DNA of 62,899 bases from a virus. Lineage: Duplodnaviria > Caudoviricetes. The stretch spans positions 1 through 62,899 of IMG/VR virus record IMGVR_UViG_3300032304_001576, one strand, 5' to 3'. A program made the position numbers and the translations under genes. Of the stretch, positions 25,312 to 35,554 are shown piece after piece. Numbering within the stretch: the first letter of the stretch is position 1; each line of letters opens with the position of its first letter. The notes beneath the pieces were generated by a model that did not search any database, had not been told where the DNA came from, and worked only from the letters and a program-made list of their open reading frames with translations.

Positions 25312-26966
25312 TGTCTATAGAAAATATTCCAGTTACTGGGATATATAATACTCGCGGCGGAGAATCGGTATATGGACCTGGAACAGATGGAAATGTTACA
25401 ATAACAGGAACAGTCTCTTTAAATAGAGATATGTATTATAACAATCTAACTGTTCAATCTGGGGCACAACTGGATACAAATGGCTATAGGGTTTTTGTAA
25501 AAAATACTCTTAATATGTCAGACCCTACTGCAACGATAGGAAGACTTTCTAATACAACAACAACAGGAACTTTAAAAGGCGGTGCCGTAGCAGGTATCAA
25601 GGCATCTGATACTTTAGGGGGAAATGGAGGTCTAAACCCAGGAGAAAATTTTTTCGGGGAGGCCGAATTTTATAATTTTTCTCAGGCTATTGCTGGTTAT
25701 AAGTTTAATGCGGTTGCAGGAACATTAAAGTTTTTAATGGGTGGCAGCGGTGGTGCCTCTGGACCAGCAGGCGCAACAGGACAAAGTGGATCTTTTACCT
25801 CTGGAAGCCCAGGGACTTCTGGTAGCGCTGGATCTCTTGGCACCCGTCCAGGATTTACTGCATCAGTAGGGGCTCCTGGTGGACAGGGGTATCCAGGGAC
25901 TAGTGGTAGCGCAGGTTCTCCAGGAATTGGAGGCGCTGGTGGAGCAGGAGGTATAGGGGGGACTGGAGGCGCAGGCGGAGGGGTCGTAATAATATCAGCA
26001 AGATATATTACTGGATATGGAATAATTAGAGCCGATGGACTTGGAGGTCTGGCTGGCACCGCAGGATCTCCTGGATCTCCAGGTTCAAATGGATCTTCAG
26101 GGGCAAACGGAGTAGCAGGATTACCCGCACCAGACTTCTTTGAAGCAGCGTACACATATATATCACAGTATGCTTACAACTATTATTTTTCATATTCTAA
26201 TGAAGCCTATACTGTGTATGGTACAACATATAGTTATCCAGCGACTCCTACTGTTGGATATAATACCGCTTATGTCCCACCACAGTATGACCCACCTGTT
26301 CCAGCATATGGAGGAAATAGACCCACTACACTAGGAAATGAAGCAAGAGTAAATCCATTCGTTGCTTCATCTGGTGGAAATCAGATAAGAACAACTGGTG
26401 GAAATCAAAATCCTTTTGCAAGAAATCCAGCAAGACAATTCGGAGGAAACTTCAACCCTGTATCCGAACTTAGAGTAAATCCATTCGTTCCTTCATATGG
26501 TGGAAACCAGATAAGAGTAAATCCTACTACATATGGACCTGTTAACCCATTTGTCCCTGCTTATGCAGGATACTTCAAGCCAGGATATACAAATACTTAT
26601 GCATACCCATATGTGGCATATCCATTGGCAGCATATCCATTTAGCGTGTATATACCACCCTCGCCTGCGTCCAACTTTGAATTTTCACCACAACAAAATG
26701 CATTCGTTCCATCACAATTTTGGCCTGGTGGAGCAGGAGGCGCTGCTGGAATAGGTGGCGCGGGTGGAATTGGAAGCGCTGGATTACCAGGATCTCCAGG
26801 AACTTCTGGTTATGCTGGTGGTGGAGGCGTGGTGTTAGTGATTACTGAAAATAATATTACTGAAAATATAGAAATTCGTGCTGCTGCAGGCACAGGCGGC
26901 AGCGGCGCGGCAACATCAGGAACTGTTATAATTATTAAAAATGAGGCGGTAAAAAATGGCAATTAA
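25311..26966 (+). CDS. Gly-rich/collagen-like virion protein with a Pro/Tyr/Asn-rich repeat insert
   Basis: Gly-X-X runs, RVNPFV and GGN repeats; N-terminal domain paralogous to 26956..27630. Confidence 0.8.
   Translation: MSIENIPVTGIYNTRGGESVYGPGTDGNVTITGTVSLNRDMYYNNLTVQSGAQLDTNGYRVFVKNTLNMSDPTATIGRLSNTTTTGTLKGGAVAGIKASDTLGGNGGLNPGENFFGEAEFYNFSQAIAGYKFNAVAGTLKFLMGGSGGASGPAGATGQSGSFTSGSPGTSGSAGSLGTRPGFTASVGAPGGQGYPGTSGSAGSPGIGGAGGAGGIGGTGGAGGGVVIISARYITGYGIIRADGLGGLAGTAGSPGSPGSNGSSGANGVAGLPAPDFFEAAYTYISQYAYNYYFSYSNEAYTVYGTTYSYPATPTVGYNTAYVPPQYDPPVPAYGGNRPTTLGNEARVNPFVASSGGNQIRTTGGNQNPFARNPARQFGGNFNPVSELRVNPFVPSYGGNQIRVNPTTYGPVNPFVPAYAGYFKPGYTNTYAYPYVAYPLAAYPFSVYIPPSPASNFEFSPQQNAFVPSQFWPGGAGGAAGIGGAGGIGSAGLPGSPGTSGYAGGGGVVLVITENNITENIEIRAAAGTGGSGAATSGTVIIIKNEAVKNGN
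26346..26516 (+). repeat. 45-nt direct repeat (26346-26390 and 26472-26516, 3 mismatches)
   Basis: Encodes RVNPFV(A/P)S(S/Y)GGNQIR twice. Confidence 0.8.
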
Positions 26967-27630
26967 AAATTATGCTGGAAATTCAGCATCTACTACTTTT
27001 ATTCCAGACCCAATTTATGGTTCTGGAAAAGATGGAAATTCTACTGCATCTGCTAATTTTTCTCTTACTAGAGATATGTATTATAATAACTTAACTATTA
27101 ACTCTGGAGTCCATCTGAATACTAATGGGTACAGAGTTTTTGTTAGGAATATTTTACTTTTTAATGGATCTACAGATCAAGATGCTAACACTAGCCTAGG
27201 TCTTAAGAATGGATCTAATTCTGTAGGGTCTTTAGGAAGAGGTTTTACTGCTTCAGTTTCAAATAGCCTTGGTGGAAATAGCGCAAGTTATAATGCATTT
27301 GGCCCATCTGCTAGTTTCGGAGGGGCAGACTACTTTGACCGACCAGAATATGCCGTAGAAGGGTATATTTTAAATGCTATACAGCAAACTCCCCTGCCTT
27401 TAAATGGTGGCGCGGGGAATTCAACTAATCCTGGTGGAGGGGTGGTAGTAGTATCAGCAAGAAGAGTCTCTGGAAGGGGGACTATTTATGCCGATGGGTT
27501 TAATAATGGAACGGCATATTTAACGGGTGGTGGAGTAGCAATATATTGTTCTAATAAAATAAAACCTTCATCAATTAATATTAATACGTTAGGATATACA
27601 AGTGGATCAGCCCTACAGTTTGTGGTATAA
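26956..27630 (+). CDS. Gly-rich virion protein, paralogue of the preceding gene
   Basis: Shared YG.G.DGN, L.RDMYYNNLT, TNGYRVFV, GGGVV..SAR. Confidence 0.8.
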   Translation: MAIKNYAGNSASTTFIPDPIYGSGKDGNSTASANFSLTRDMYYNNLTINSGVHLNTNGYRVFVRNILLFNGSTDQDANTSLGLKNGSNSVGSLGRGFTASVSNSLGGNSASYNAFGPSASFGGADYFDRPEYAVEGYILNAIQQTPLPLNGGAGNSTNPGGGVVVVSARRVSGRGTIYADGFNNGTAYLTGGGVAIYCSNKIKPSSININTLGYTSGSALQFVV

Positions 27631-27633
27631 ATA

Positions 27634-28116
27634 ATGAAAGTCTATTTATATGTTCCAGAAGATTTAGATGCTTCAGAGTATCTTATAACGGCAGCACAAA
27701 ATAATATAGATCAGATAATCCACGGATCGTCTGATATATTAAAAGATCTTAAATATAATCATAATGAAGTCAGCGCAATAAATGTTCCAGAATTTTGCGG
27801 AGTCTGGATGGAGTCAGTAGTGTTCCCTACTGATACAGATGTACCTCTAGTTTTTATTGATGAGTGGAGTAATGAAAAAGGGTATAGTAAAATAACTGCT
27901 GTAATAGATGAAATAGATTTAGAAAATCCAAAAAAACACTCAACAATAGAAGAAGTTGAGTTAAACTATGATGATAAAAATTCATACTATTATAAATTTA
28001 GTTTTAAAAACATTGGTGAATATAGAATTAATTTAATGGCAGAATTTTTAGACGGGGAAAAAACTTTAATAGAGAGTAAAGACATTATTGTATTTAGAGG
28101 TAAAAATGGAAATTGA
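27634..28116 (+). CDS. Hypothetical protein
   Basis: ORF track; TGTGGTATAAAT extended -10-like element just upstream. Confidence 0.7.
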   Translation: MKVYLYVPEDLDASEYLITAAQNNIDQIIHGSSDILKDLKYNHNEVSAINVPEFCGVWMESVVFPTDTDVPLVFIDEWSNEKGYSKITAVIDEIDLENPKKHSTIEEVELNYDDKNSYYYKFSFKNIGEYRINLMAEFLDGEKTLIESKDIIVFRGKNGN

Positions 28117-28741
28117 TAAAAATATTCCAGGGCTTGCGTCCTTTGATCAAGTATTAATCTTTTCTGAAGAAGAAATAAACATGTTTGAAAATATATTCAA
28201 TAGTGATGAGTTTAAAAAACTTAATGAATCAAAAAGTATAAAAAACTCTCTATGGAATATATTTTACCATCTAGATTGTATAGAATTAATTAAAAAAATT
28301 CAAAAGACACTCTTAATTTGTTTAGCAGAATATTCAGATTATTATAAAGAGTCAATACATTCTATTCAATGGCAGGAAAGAATAGATTTAAAGATATTAT
28401 ACCCAGGCGAGTCAGAGTATATGTTTAATCCAAGTAAATCCTTCAATGTAAAAGATAATATACCTTTCAGCCGTCAAATAGTTGCTGAGATTGGTATTGA
28501 AGATGCTCACCATGGCGGCAAATCCTCATGGGAGTATTTTAATGTAGATGAGAAAATACTAAAATCTGGAGAGATAAGAATTTATCCTGCAAGTTACTTG
28601 TATTCAAATACTACATCAACTATACTGGATGGAAGAAAGATATATCTAAGGACATTCTTTAATGGTGGCAAAGACTTTATATCAGAAGATGAGTCTTTCG
28701 ATGGTTTTGAAAACATTTATATGTTTTCCTATATGAGATAA
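28106..28741 (+). CDS. Degenerate 2OG-Fe(II) oxygenase-like protein
   Basis: C-terminal GG...GEIRIYPASYLYS...ILDGRK pattern resembles the next gene, but metal-binding His/Asp residues are not evident. Confidence 0.55.
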   Translation: MEIDKNIPGLASFDQVLIFSEEEINMFENIFNSDEFKKLNESKSIKNSLWNIFYHLDCIELIKKIQKTLLICLAEYSDYYKESIHSIQWQERIDLKILYPGESEYMFNPSKSFNVKDNIPFSRQIVAEIGIEDAHHGGKSSWEYFNVDEKILKSGEIRIYPASYLYSNTTSTILDGRKIYLRTFFNGGKDFISEDESFDGFENIYMFSYMR

Positions 28742-28749
28742 GGATCGTA

Positions 28750-29397
28750 ATGACCACAGAGGCACCGTATCCCTCAAAAACTGAGGCAGGCTGCATTGAA
28801 ATATATAATAATATAATGCCTCAAAGTGCTGCAGATAAATTAATTGAATCGTTTGAGTTTTCAGATACTAGTAGTCTATGTAAGGCTGAATATTCAAAGG
28901 CACGCATGGGGGCGGGGCCACAATCTATTAATGGGGGTCTCTATAGATCTAATCAGACAATGAGCCTCTTCCCTCATGATTGTGAAGATAAAGATTGCAA
29001 GATGACTAATGCTATAGAGTATTTGTTAGAGAGATATGTTGCTTGCGTAAATCACTATCAATCAAAGTACGAGGTTGAGATAGGCTTTGACGAGGGCTTT
29101 CAATTGCTAAAGTATTCACCAGGAAATGAATACAAGGCTCACTCAGATAGTGGTCCAGGGCAAGATTTTAGAGTTGTATCTGGTCTAATTCTTTTGAATC
29201 CATCAGAATATATCGGAGGCGGAACGTACTTTACTAATTTTGACGTTACTATAAAAACAGATACGCCATCTATAATTTTATTCCCATCAAATTATGCTTA
29301 TATGCACAGGGCAAAAGCAGTACTTGATGGCATTAAGTACGCTATTGTTACATGGATGGGTCCACCATGGAGAGGTCCAGAATTACATGAACAATAA
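28750..29397 (+). CDS. 2OG-Fe(II) dioxygenase (prolyl-4-hydroxylase-like)
   Basis: QLLKY..G.EYKAHSD (HxD), YIGGGT.F, LFPSNYAYMH, GIKYAIVTW. Confidence 0.85.
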   Translation: MTTEAPYPSKTEAGCIEIYNNIMPQSAADKLIESFEFSDTSSLCKAEYSKARMGAGPQSINGGLYRSNQTMSLFPHDCEDKDCKMTNAIEYLLERYVACVNHYQSKYEVEIGFDEGFQLLKYSPGNEYKAHSDSGPGQDFRVVSGLILLNPSEYIGGGTYFTNFDVTIKTDTPSIILFPSNYAYMHRAKAVLDGIKYAIVTWMGPPWRGPELHEQ

Positions 29398-30601
29398 AAA
29401 AAGATTTGACAGTTATTCAAACACCTTTCTAAATTATGATGAAATAGAAAGACTTACTAAATCTATTTTTATTTCAATAGTTTCATATAATGATGAAAAT
29501 ATTTTAAGGACAATTAATTCAATAATGTTGAATTCTAAAAGACCTGAAAATATTTTTATTGGGCTGGCGGTAGTAGATTATCAAGAGTCTCATATAAAAA
29601 CTCTTTTAGAAATTAGTGAAAAGAATAGAAATTTAAATATTTATATAATTAATGAACGTACAACATATGGGTATCTAAAACATAAAGCCGATTCATTTTA
29701 TAACAAAGAAGACTACTATATGAGTGTTTCATCTTGCTCAGAATTTGACCCATATTGGGATGACATATTAATAAAACAATATGATGCATTTGAAACAATA
29801 ACCTCTCCACAACCACTATTAATAACTGGAGAGCCTAGAGGCTGGCTTCCACACGATAATGTGGTTGAGGGGTATGTATATTTTACTAATCATAGAACTA
29901 ATGCATCTATGCAAAGAGAAGTAAATGATTCATCCTACCTTCCTATATCTGGATATCATGAGAATATAAAAAAAGAACATCTTGAAAGTAATTTTTCTTC
30001 ATCAATGAGTGAGTATGATATATCAAGGTATATTACCGAACTATCTGAATGCTCAGAATTTCTAAAAGAAAATGGGTTTGTAAAGTTTTCAAAAAGAAAG
30101 TTCCTAGACGATGAATTTGTTGCAAGATCTCTAGGACTTTCTTGCAATTTTATTTTCACTAAAGCAAAAAACTATATAAAAATTAACACACTAAATAATA
30201 ATTTAATAGATGAGGAAGACTTTAATTTTAACTCAATGATTAACCTACTGAATAATGACTATTTAATTTTATCAACAAGGTATATCCCCCTGTATCATTT
30301 ATATGATAATAAAGAAGTATTTTCTTATAAAAGAAAAAGAATATCTGAAGAATATACTCCAGATGAAAAATTAAATATGAGGTCATATATTTTAGATAGA
30401 GTAAAGAATTTTGAATTCCTAGGTGATGATAAAAAATTATATTACTCTGTAATATTTAGCACAGACTGGTACGCTAGAGAATTCAAATTGAGGAAAAGTC
30501 ACATAAGAACTAGTCTAGAAACTTTGATAAACCTATCTATATCTATGTACAATTTCTCTATGAATGAAAACTCTCTACATTGGAATAAAAGGGACAGATG
30601 A
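29387..30601 (+). CDS. Gnt1/GT60-like glycosyltransferase homologue, DxH motif degenerate
   Basis: IFISIVSYND, SKRPENIFIG, EDYYMSVSSCSEFD.YWD, EEDF, PLYHLY. Confidence 0.6.
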   Translation: MNNKKRFDSYSNTFLNYDEIERLTKSIFISIVSYNDENILRTINSIMLNSKRPENIFIGLAVVDYQESHIKTLLEISEKNRNLNIYIINERTTYGYLKHKADSFYNKEDYYMSVSSCSEFDPYWDDILIKQYDAFETITSPQPLLITGEPRGWLPHDNVVEGYVYFTNHRTNASMQREVNDSSYLPISGYHENIKKEHLESNFSSSMSEYDISRYITELSECSEFLKENGFVKFSKRKFLDDEFVARSLGLSCNFIFTKAKNYIKINTLNNNLIDEEDFNFNSMINLLNNDYLILSTRYIPLYHLYDNKEVFSYKRKRISEEYTPDEKLNMRSYILDRVKNFEFLGDDKKLYYSVIFSTDWYAREFKLRKSHIRTSLETLINLSISMYNFSMNENSLHWNKRDR

Positions 30602-31305
30602 AAAAAATAATATTTACTATGACAGAACCAGACCTATCAGATGTAGCAGAATTCCCCTCACCATCTATTAAAAATCTACCAGAATGGTATAAAGAAATGT
30701 CTACTTTTATTGGTGGCGAAAAAATGAAAGTAGACAATGGTGAGGCCAATCTAACTGTTAAAAAATGTGTTCCCGTACTTGATGCGATATCATCTGGATA
30801 CATAATAAAGTTATGGACTGATGTTTTTGTATCTAGGGATGATAATGGAGTATCATACTCCTTTAGTGTAAAAAACAATAATGTGCCACCAGCAGTAACT
30901 GGCCACCCAATGGATCAGGCTCCGACTTATCCTATTAAAGATATGTACGATAAAGATATTCTGAAGTGGGTAAACCCATGGCATATAAAAACTCCAAGTG
31001 GGTACAGTACATTATTCACTACTCCAAATCATAGAGATCTACCTTTTGAAATAATGGAAGGGGTTGTAGATACAGATATATTCCCTCTTTCAGTTAACTT
31101 TCCATTTTTCATAAAAAAGGGTTTTGAAGGACTTATTCCATATGGGACTCCAATAGCCCAGGTTATTCCGTTTAAAAGAGATTCCTGGTCCTCTTCGGAA
31201 GGAGAGTTCGATCAGAAGAAGTATTCTTCTATGCATAATTTTCATGATAGCAACTTTATAAATAGATATAAGAGAAAATGGTGGAGCAGAAAGGTATATA
31301 AGTGA
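30598..31305 (+). CDS. Conserved phage protein, paralogue 1 (tentatively DUF6065-like)
   Basis: PEWYK, KKCVPVLDA..SGY, TPSGYS, GVVDTD, GTPIAQVIPFKR. Confidence 0.7.
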   Translation: MKKIIFTMTEPDLSDVAEFPSPSIKNLPEWYKEMSTFIGGEKMKVDNGEANLTVKKCVPVLDAISSGYIIKLWTDVFVSRDDNGVSYSFSVKNNNVPPAVTGHPMDQAPTYPIKDMYDKDILKWVNPWHIKTPSGYSTLFTTPNHRDLPFEIMEGVVDTDIFPLSVNFPFFIKKGFEGLIPYGTPIAQVIPFKRDSWSSSEGEFDQKKYSSMHNFHDSNFINRYKRKWWSRKVYK

Positions 31306-32045
31306 TTTTTAAAAAAAATAAAAATACAGTTAAAGAGTATTTAGATATAACTTTTGTGGCTAAAGATGAATTTATTGCAGAGGCGACACAGGCTCCTGTT
31401 CCAGCCAGAACATTAGTGCCAGAGTGGTATAAGGATATGTCAACTCATAGAACAAAAACACCCGACTTTGACGAACATTTTGGTAATCAAAATACTACAT
31501 TTAAAGCCTGTATGCCATTTTTTGATAGTTGGACTTTTGGCTATGTAGCAGTCACGCCGTGTGACCTAGTTGTTGAAGTTGGTTTTGATGAAAATGACAT
31601 TAAGATACACGGAAATAAAATTTTTGATCTTATTGGATATCGTGGGGCACCGAATAAACATTCTATGCCAATCCCAGATGATTACTATCAATTAGAGTTT
31701 ACATGGCAAACTCATTGGGAGGCCCAGACTCCTGATGGATACAGTTCTTTTTATACACATCCAATAAATAGGCCCGAACTACCATTCTATACAATATCTG
31801 GAGTAATGGATACTGATAAGTGGTATGCTACTGGAAATCATCCATTTTTCTTAAAAAAAGGTTTTGAGGGCATTATCCCCATGGGCACCCCAATGATGAG
31901 TATCATTCCTTTTAAAAGAGACACTTGGAAAAGTGATAAAAGATCAATGAGGCCGATGGAATACGATGTTTTAAATAGTAAAGTTAGAAGACATGCTTCT
32001 TCTGGGTATAAAAAAGAGATGTGGCAGAGAAAGGATTTTTCATAA
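31302..32045 (+). CDS. Conserved phage protein, paralogue 2
   Basis: PEWYK, KACMPFFDS..GY, TPDGYS, GVMDTD, GTPM..IIPFKR. Confidence 0.7.
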   Translation: MIFKKNKNTVKEYLDITFVAKDEFIAEATQAPVPARTLVPEWYKDMSTHRTKTPDFDEHFGNQNTTFKACMPFFDSWTFGYVAVTPCDLVVEVGFDENDIKIHGNKIFDLIGYRGAPNKHSMPIPDDYYQLEFTWQTHWEAQTPDGYSSFYTHPINRPELPFYTISGVMDTDKWYATGNHPFFLKKGFEGIIPMGTPMMSIIPFKRDTWKSDKRSMRPMEYDVLNSKVRRHASSGYKKEMWQRKDFS

Positions 32046-32737
32046 TGAAGGTAAAATGGATACCTCAGAACGAATTTGCTAGTAAGTTTATAGATCCGCC
32101 AAAGCCAGCAAAAAATTATATACCAGAATGGTATAAAAAACTACCGCAATTTACGACTGGTAATAGACCTAAATTTTTTGGTAAAAGAGCAAATACAACT
32201 GCAAAACATTGTATGCCATTGCTAGATTCATTTACTACTGGCTATATTCAGGAAACATGGTGCGACATAGCAGTTACTAGATTAGACAATGAAATTCAAG
32301 TTTCTTTTGCAGCACCAGAACAAAATCTTTTTGTAGATGGGCACGATAAAAATCCAATATTTCCAGAAACTGGGTACTATGATAAAATGTTAGCATGGTG
32401 GACCCAATGGGAGCCTCAGACTCCTAAGGGATGGTCTACACTATACACCCACCCGCTGAACCAAAATAATTTACCATTTTATACAATAAGCGGAGTCATT
32501 GATACAGATAAATGGCCTGTAGGTGGTAAAATTCAATTCTATATAAAAGATGGGTTCGAAGGAATAATTCCAAAAGGTACTCCTATGTATCAAATGATTT
32601 TTTTTAAGAGAGAGAACTGGAAATCAGAAGTTAATCCACATGATCAAGAATGGTTTGTTAAAACAAATAAAAAAGTTTTTGATTACTTCCATTCTGGATA
32701 TAGAAATAATATCTGGGTGAAAAAAAATTATGAATAA
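32045..32737 (+). CDS. Conserved phage protein, paralogue 3
   Basis: PEWYK, KHCMPLLDS..GY, TPKGWS, GVIDTD, GTPMYQMIFFKR. Confidence 0.7.
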   Translation: MKVKWIPQNEFASKFIDPPKPAKNYIPEWYKKLPQFTTGNRPKFFGKRANTTAKHCMPLLDSFTTGYIQETWCDIAVTRLDNEIQVSFAAPEQNLFVDGHDKNPIFPETGYYDKMLAWWTQWEPQTPKGWSTLYTHPLNQNNLPFYTISGVIDTDKWPVGGKIQFYIKDGFEGIIPKGTPMYQMIFFKRENWKSEVNPHDQEWFVKTNKKVFDYFHSGYRNNIWVKKNYE

Positions 32738-33872
32738 AAAGTCTATATTTGTATCTATACCGTCTATGAATGATAGAGAATATCTTCATACGGTTAAAAG
32801 ACTTTTCGAATCAGCAACTCACCCAGAAAGAATTTTTTTAGGCAGCACTATCTTTTGGAAAAAATCAGATATATCAGAAGTAGGAGCCCCATTCTTCTAT
32901 CACTTTGATCAACAACTTTCAAAAATAAAAAGAAATATAAAGTACGATATTTTATATTGGAATAATTACCCAGGGGTTGGATTTGGAAGAACAGAGCCTT
33001 TAAAACATTATAATAATGAAGATTATTATCTTTCATTAGATTCTCATACAATGTTTGTAAAAGGGTGGGACGAAAAAGTAATAGAGACTTATGAGAATGC
33101 AAAAAAAAGTTTTGGCAAACGACTAGTTTTAACTTCATATTTAGCCCCATATTATATTAAATCCGACAAAGATGCCCCTCTAGAAATAGACAAACTTCTT
33201 CCAGGAGTAGATGGTCTAGACGTATTTGAGTATGAAGATATAGTGTTTGTACAAAATGATAATGATCCAAGGTGGCAGTTTTTTGACTATACTCATTTTA
33301 GATATAGGTCTAACATTCAAACTAAAAGTATCTTTCCCTATCCAAATGATGTATCTTTAAATAGGGCTGGTCAATTTATTCTTCCACATTTAATAGATGA
33401 AATGTATTTGCCTGCTAAAAAAATATCTGCTCACTTTACTTTTACGGAAGCAGATCCATGGGTAACTAAATTTAATCTTAATTTAGATAGAAGAATATCT
33501 TTTTGGCTAGAAGAGTTTTATCAATCATCTTTATCCTATGCTAGAGGGTATAATCTTGTTTGGGCGAAAGAAACATTTTTCTTCCATAAATATTTAAACT
33601 CACAACACAGGCTACACGATCAAAAATATGAATATGACTCAATGTACAAAAAAAGAATTTTTTATGAAAAATATATAAAAACTATAGAAAATAAGACCCC
33701 GTTGCCGTTAGATGAAAATGAAATAATTAAAAAATTTCTCAATAAAGAAGAGTATTTTGGCTTTCTTCCTAGAAGCCCTATTTCTTTTCAAAAATACTCA
33801 GGAGTCAACCTAGAGATATCTAGGTGTGAACCGTGGTGGAAGGTGCCCGAGGTTGATATCATCTACAAATAA
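32730..33872 (+). CDS. Gnt1/GT60-like (Skp1-hydroxyproline GlcNAc-transferase-like) glycosyltransferase
   Basis: IFVSIPSMND.E, ATHPERIFLG, G.GFGR, EDYYLSLDSHTMF.KGWD, SAHFTF, WLEE, FFHKY. Confidence 0.75.
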   Translation: MNKKSIFVSIPSMNDREYLHTVKRLFESATHPERIFLGSTIFWKKSDISEVGAPFFYHFDQQLSKIKRNIKYDILYWNNYPGVGFGRTEPLKHYNNEDYYLSLDSHTMFVKGWDEKVIETYENAKKSFGKRLVLTSYLAPYYIKSDKDAPLEIDKLLPGVDGLDVFEYEDIVFVQNDNDPRWQFFDYTHFRYRSNIQTKSIFPYPNDVSLNRAGQFILPHLIDEMYLPAKKISAHFTFTEADPWVTKFNLNLDRRISFWLEEFYQSSLSYARGYNLVWAKETFFFHKYLNSQHRLHDQKYEYDSMYKKRIFYEKYIKTIENKTPLPLDENEIIKKFLNKEEYFGFLPRSPISFQKYSGVNLEISRCEPWWKVPEVDIIYK

Positions 33873-34587
33873 AAATATTTATATTCCTTTTAGAGAAGAC
33901 AGTATAACCAATAGGAATGAAATGTTCAAAGTGGTAAAAGAATATTATAATAACTTGGGGTATAACGTAGTCGCTCTAGACTCAGGAGATGATGACTTTA
34001 ACCTATCTAAGTCAAGGAATATGGCCTTCACTAACTACGATGATAATGAAGTTATATTAATAAATGCAGACTGCCTGATCTTTGATATGGCAATAGAGGA
34101 TTCTTTGAAATTAATAAAAGAAAGATCTTCTATTGTAAAACCATTCTTAAAACTTTTAAGAGTTTCAGCCATAGATAAAAAATTTATTGAATCTATCATA
34201 GATAATGAAATTTTTGATATAAAGATAGAGTCTCAAAGTAATAGTTTTTATCCTGGAGAGGCTTTTATTTTAAATAAAAGTTCTTGGGAAAAAGTTGGCG
34301 GGTTCAATGAAAATCTTTTAGACCCAATAATATCAAGTATAGACTTCTGCCTGAGAGCATCAGAATTATCAGAGTTAGTATTTTTAGAATACGATGCATA
34401 TAGTTTTCATCATCCAAAAGTCTCTGGAAGAAAAGAAAGAGATGGAGAGTCCCACCTATTTGAAGTGAATAAATCATTTTTTAATGGTGATAAAAATATT
34501 TATTTATCAAGATTTGGGAACAAACTTATTAAAATGAATGAAAGTGAAAATAAAATCAGTTTAATATTTAATTTAGAAAACTATTAA
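33826..34587 (+). CDS. GT-A fold glycosyltransferase (GT2/GT7C-like)
   Basis: IPFR, FNLSKSRN, LINADC, WEKVGGFNE; true start uncertain (TTG at 33853 possible). Confidence 0.7.
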   Translation: MNRGGRCPRLISSTNKNIYIPFREDSITNRNEMFKVVKEYYNNLGYNVVALDSGDDDFNLSKSRNMAFTNYDDNEVILINADCLIFDMAIEDSLKLIKERSSIVKPFLKLLRVSAIDKKFIESIIDNEIFDIKIESQSNSFYPGEAFILNKSSWEKVGGFNENLLDPIISSIDFCLRASELSELVFLEYDAYSFHHPKVSGRKERDGESHLFEVNKSFFNGDKNIYLSRFGNKLIKMNESENKISLIFNLENY

Positions 34588-35539
34588 TAAGTTCGTTTTC
34601 ATTACTAAGTCCCCGAACACCATCAATAAATAAGTCTTGCATATTAACTTTAGCGTACTCTTGAAACTTTTTAATCTTGTGTTTATTAGAAATATAATAA
34701 TTAATGATTTCTTCTTTTGCTTCACTTCTATATAAAAATTCTGTGGATAGAATTTCTCTTTTACCCCCAATAGAATTAATATCCTCATAGTAAAGATGAG
34801 CCACAGGCATAGGCTCTAGTGGAGTTAGCAGTTTGAATCCATGATGGATTAATTCTATAGACATAAATAACTCTTCCTCTGGAAGAGTATAGTCGTATTG
34901 TATTAAAGAGTCATAGTTTTCAGCGAATTGTTGATCTCCAAATAATAAACCTCCAGAAATTTTTTGGTTCAATTCAAAATTTCCTGGAGAGTCATCAACC
35001 ACTCTATCATTAAAATTGGGGAGTATATTGTATATACTTGGGTCATCGCGGTACTGAGTGGATGAGATATTAGTATCAATAAAATAAGATACTGCTGGAA
35101 ACCATGAGTACCGCAAACTAATTCCATTTTCAGTATAAAAATAAGAATCAGGGTAGCCAGTTATAACAGATTTTCCAAAGATACTTTGCCCACGAATTAA
35201 TTGATCGATAAGAGTTAAGTCCCAATCCTTTTTATAAAGGCTATGGCAGTCCACTTGGAGCATATAATCCTCTCCTGAGTACATCTCATAAGCCTTCCTT
35301 CTTCCCACCCCTGTACCCATGTGATTAGTTGAACTGTAATATTTAAAATTACTTTTAGGAACTATTTGCTGTATTTCTTTTCCAATATTTAATATATCTT
35401 CTTTACTTAAAACTCTAGATGAATGAGCAATTCCTAAAAATATTTCATTCTCTCCGCTAGATTGAGATAAACAACTCTTAATAGATTTTATTAGTTCAGA
35501 GTCAGATAAACTACATATAGAAACATATATGCTGGACAT
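34568..35539 (-). CDS. Gnt1/GT60-like glycosyltransferase
   Basis: IYVSICSLSD.E, GTGVGR, EDYMLQVDCHSLY.KDWD, VITGY, ISGGLLF, PEEE, VAHLY. Confidence 0.75.
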   Translation of the reverse strand: MSSIYVSICSLSDSELIKSIKSCLSQSSGENEIFLGIAHSSRVLSKEDILNIGKEIQQIVPKSNFKYYSSTNHMGTGVGRRKAYEMYSGEDYMLQVDCHSLYKKDWDLTLIDQLIRGQSIFGKSVITGYPDSYFYTENGISLRYSWFPAVSYFIDTNISSTQYRDDPSIYNILPNFNDRVVDDSPGNFELNQKISGGLLFGDQQFAENYDSLIQYDYTLPEEELFMSIELIHHGFKLLTPLEPMPVAHLYYEDINSIGGKREILSTEFLYRSEAKEEIINYYISNKHKIKKFQEYAKVNMQDLFIDGVRGLSNENELINSFLN

Positions 35540-35554
35540 TTAATATTCCTGTCT

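Noticed and set aside
26346-26516. Diversity-generating retroelement template/variable repeat pair
   Set aside because: Both copies are in-frame within one gene, mismatches are not adenine-specific, and no reverse transcriptase is seen
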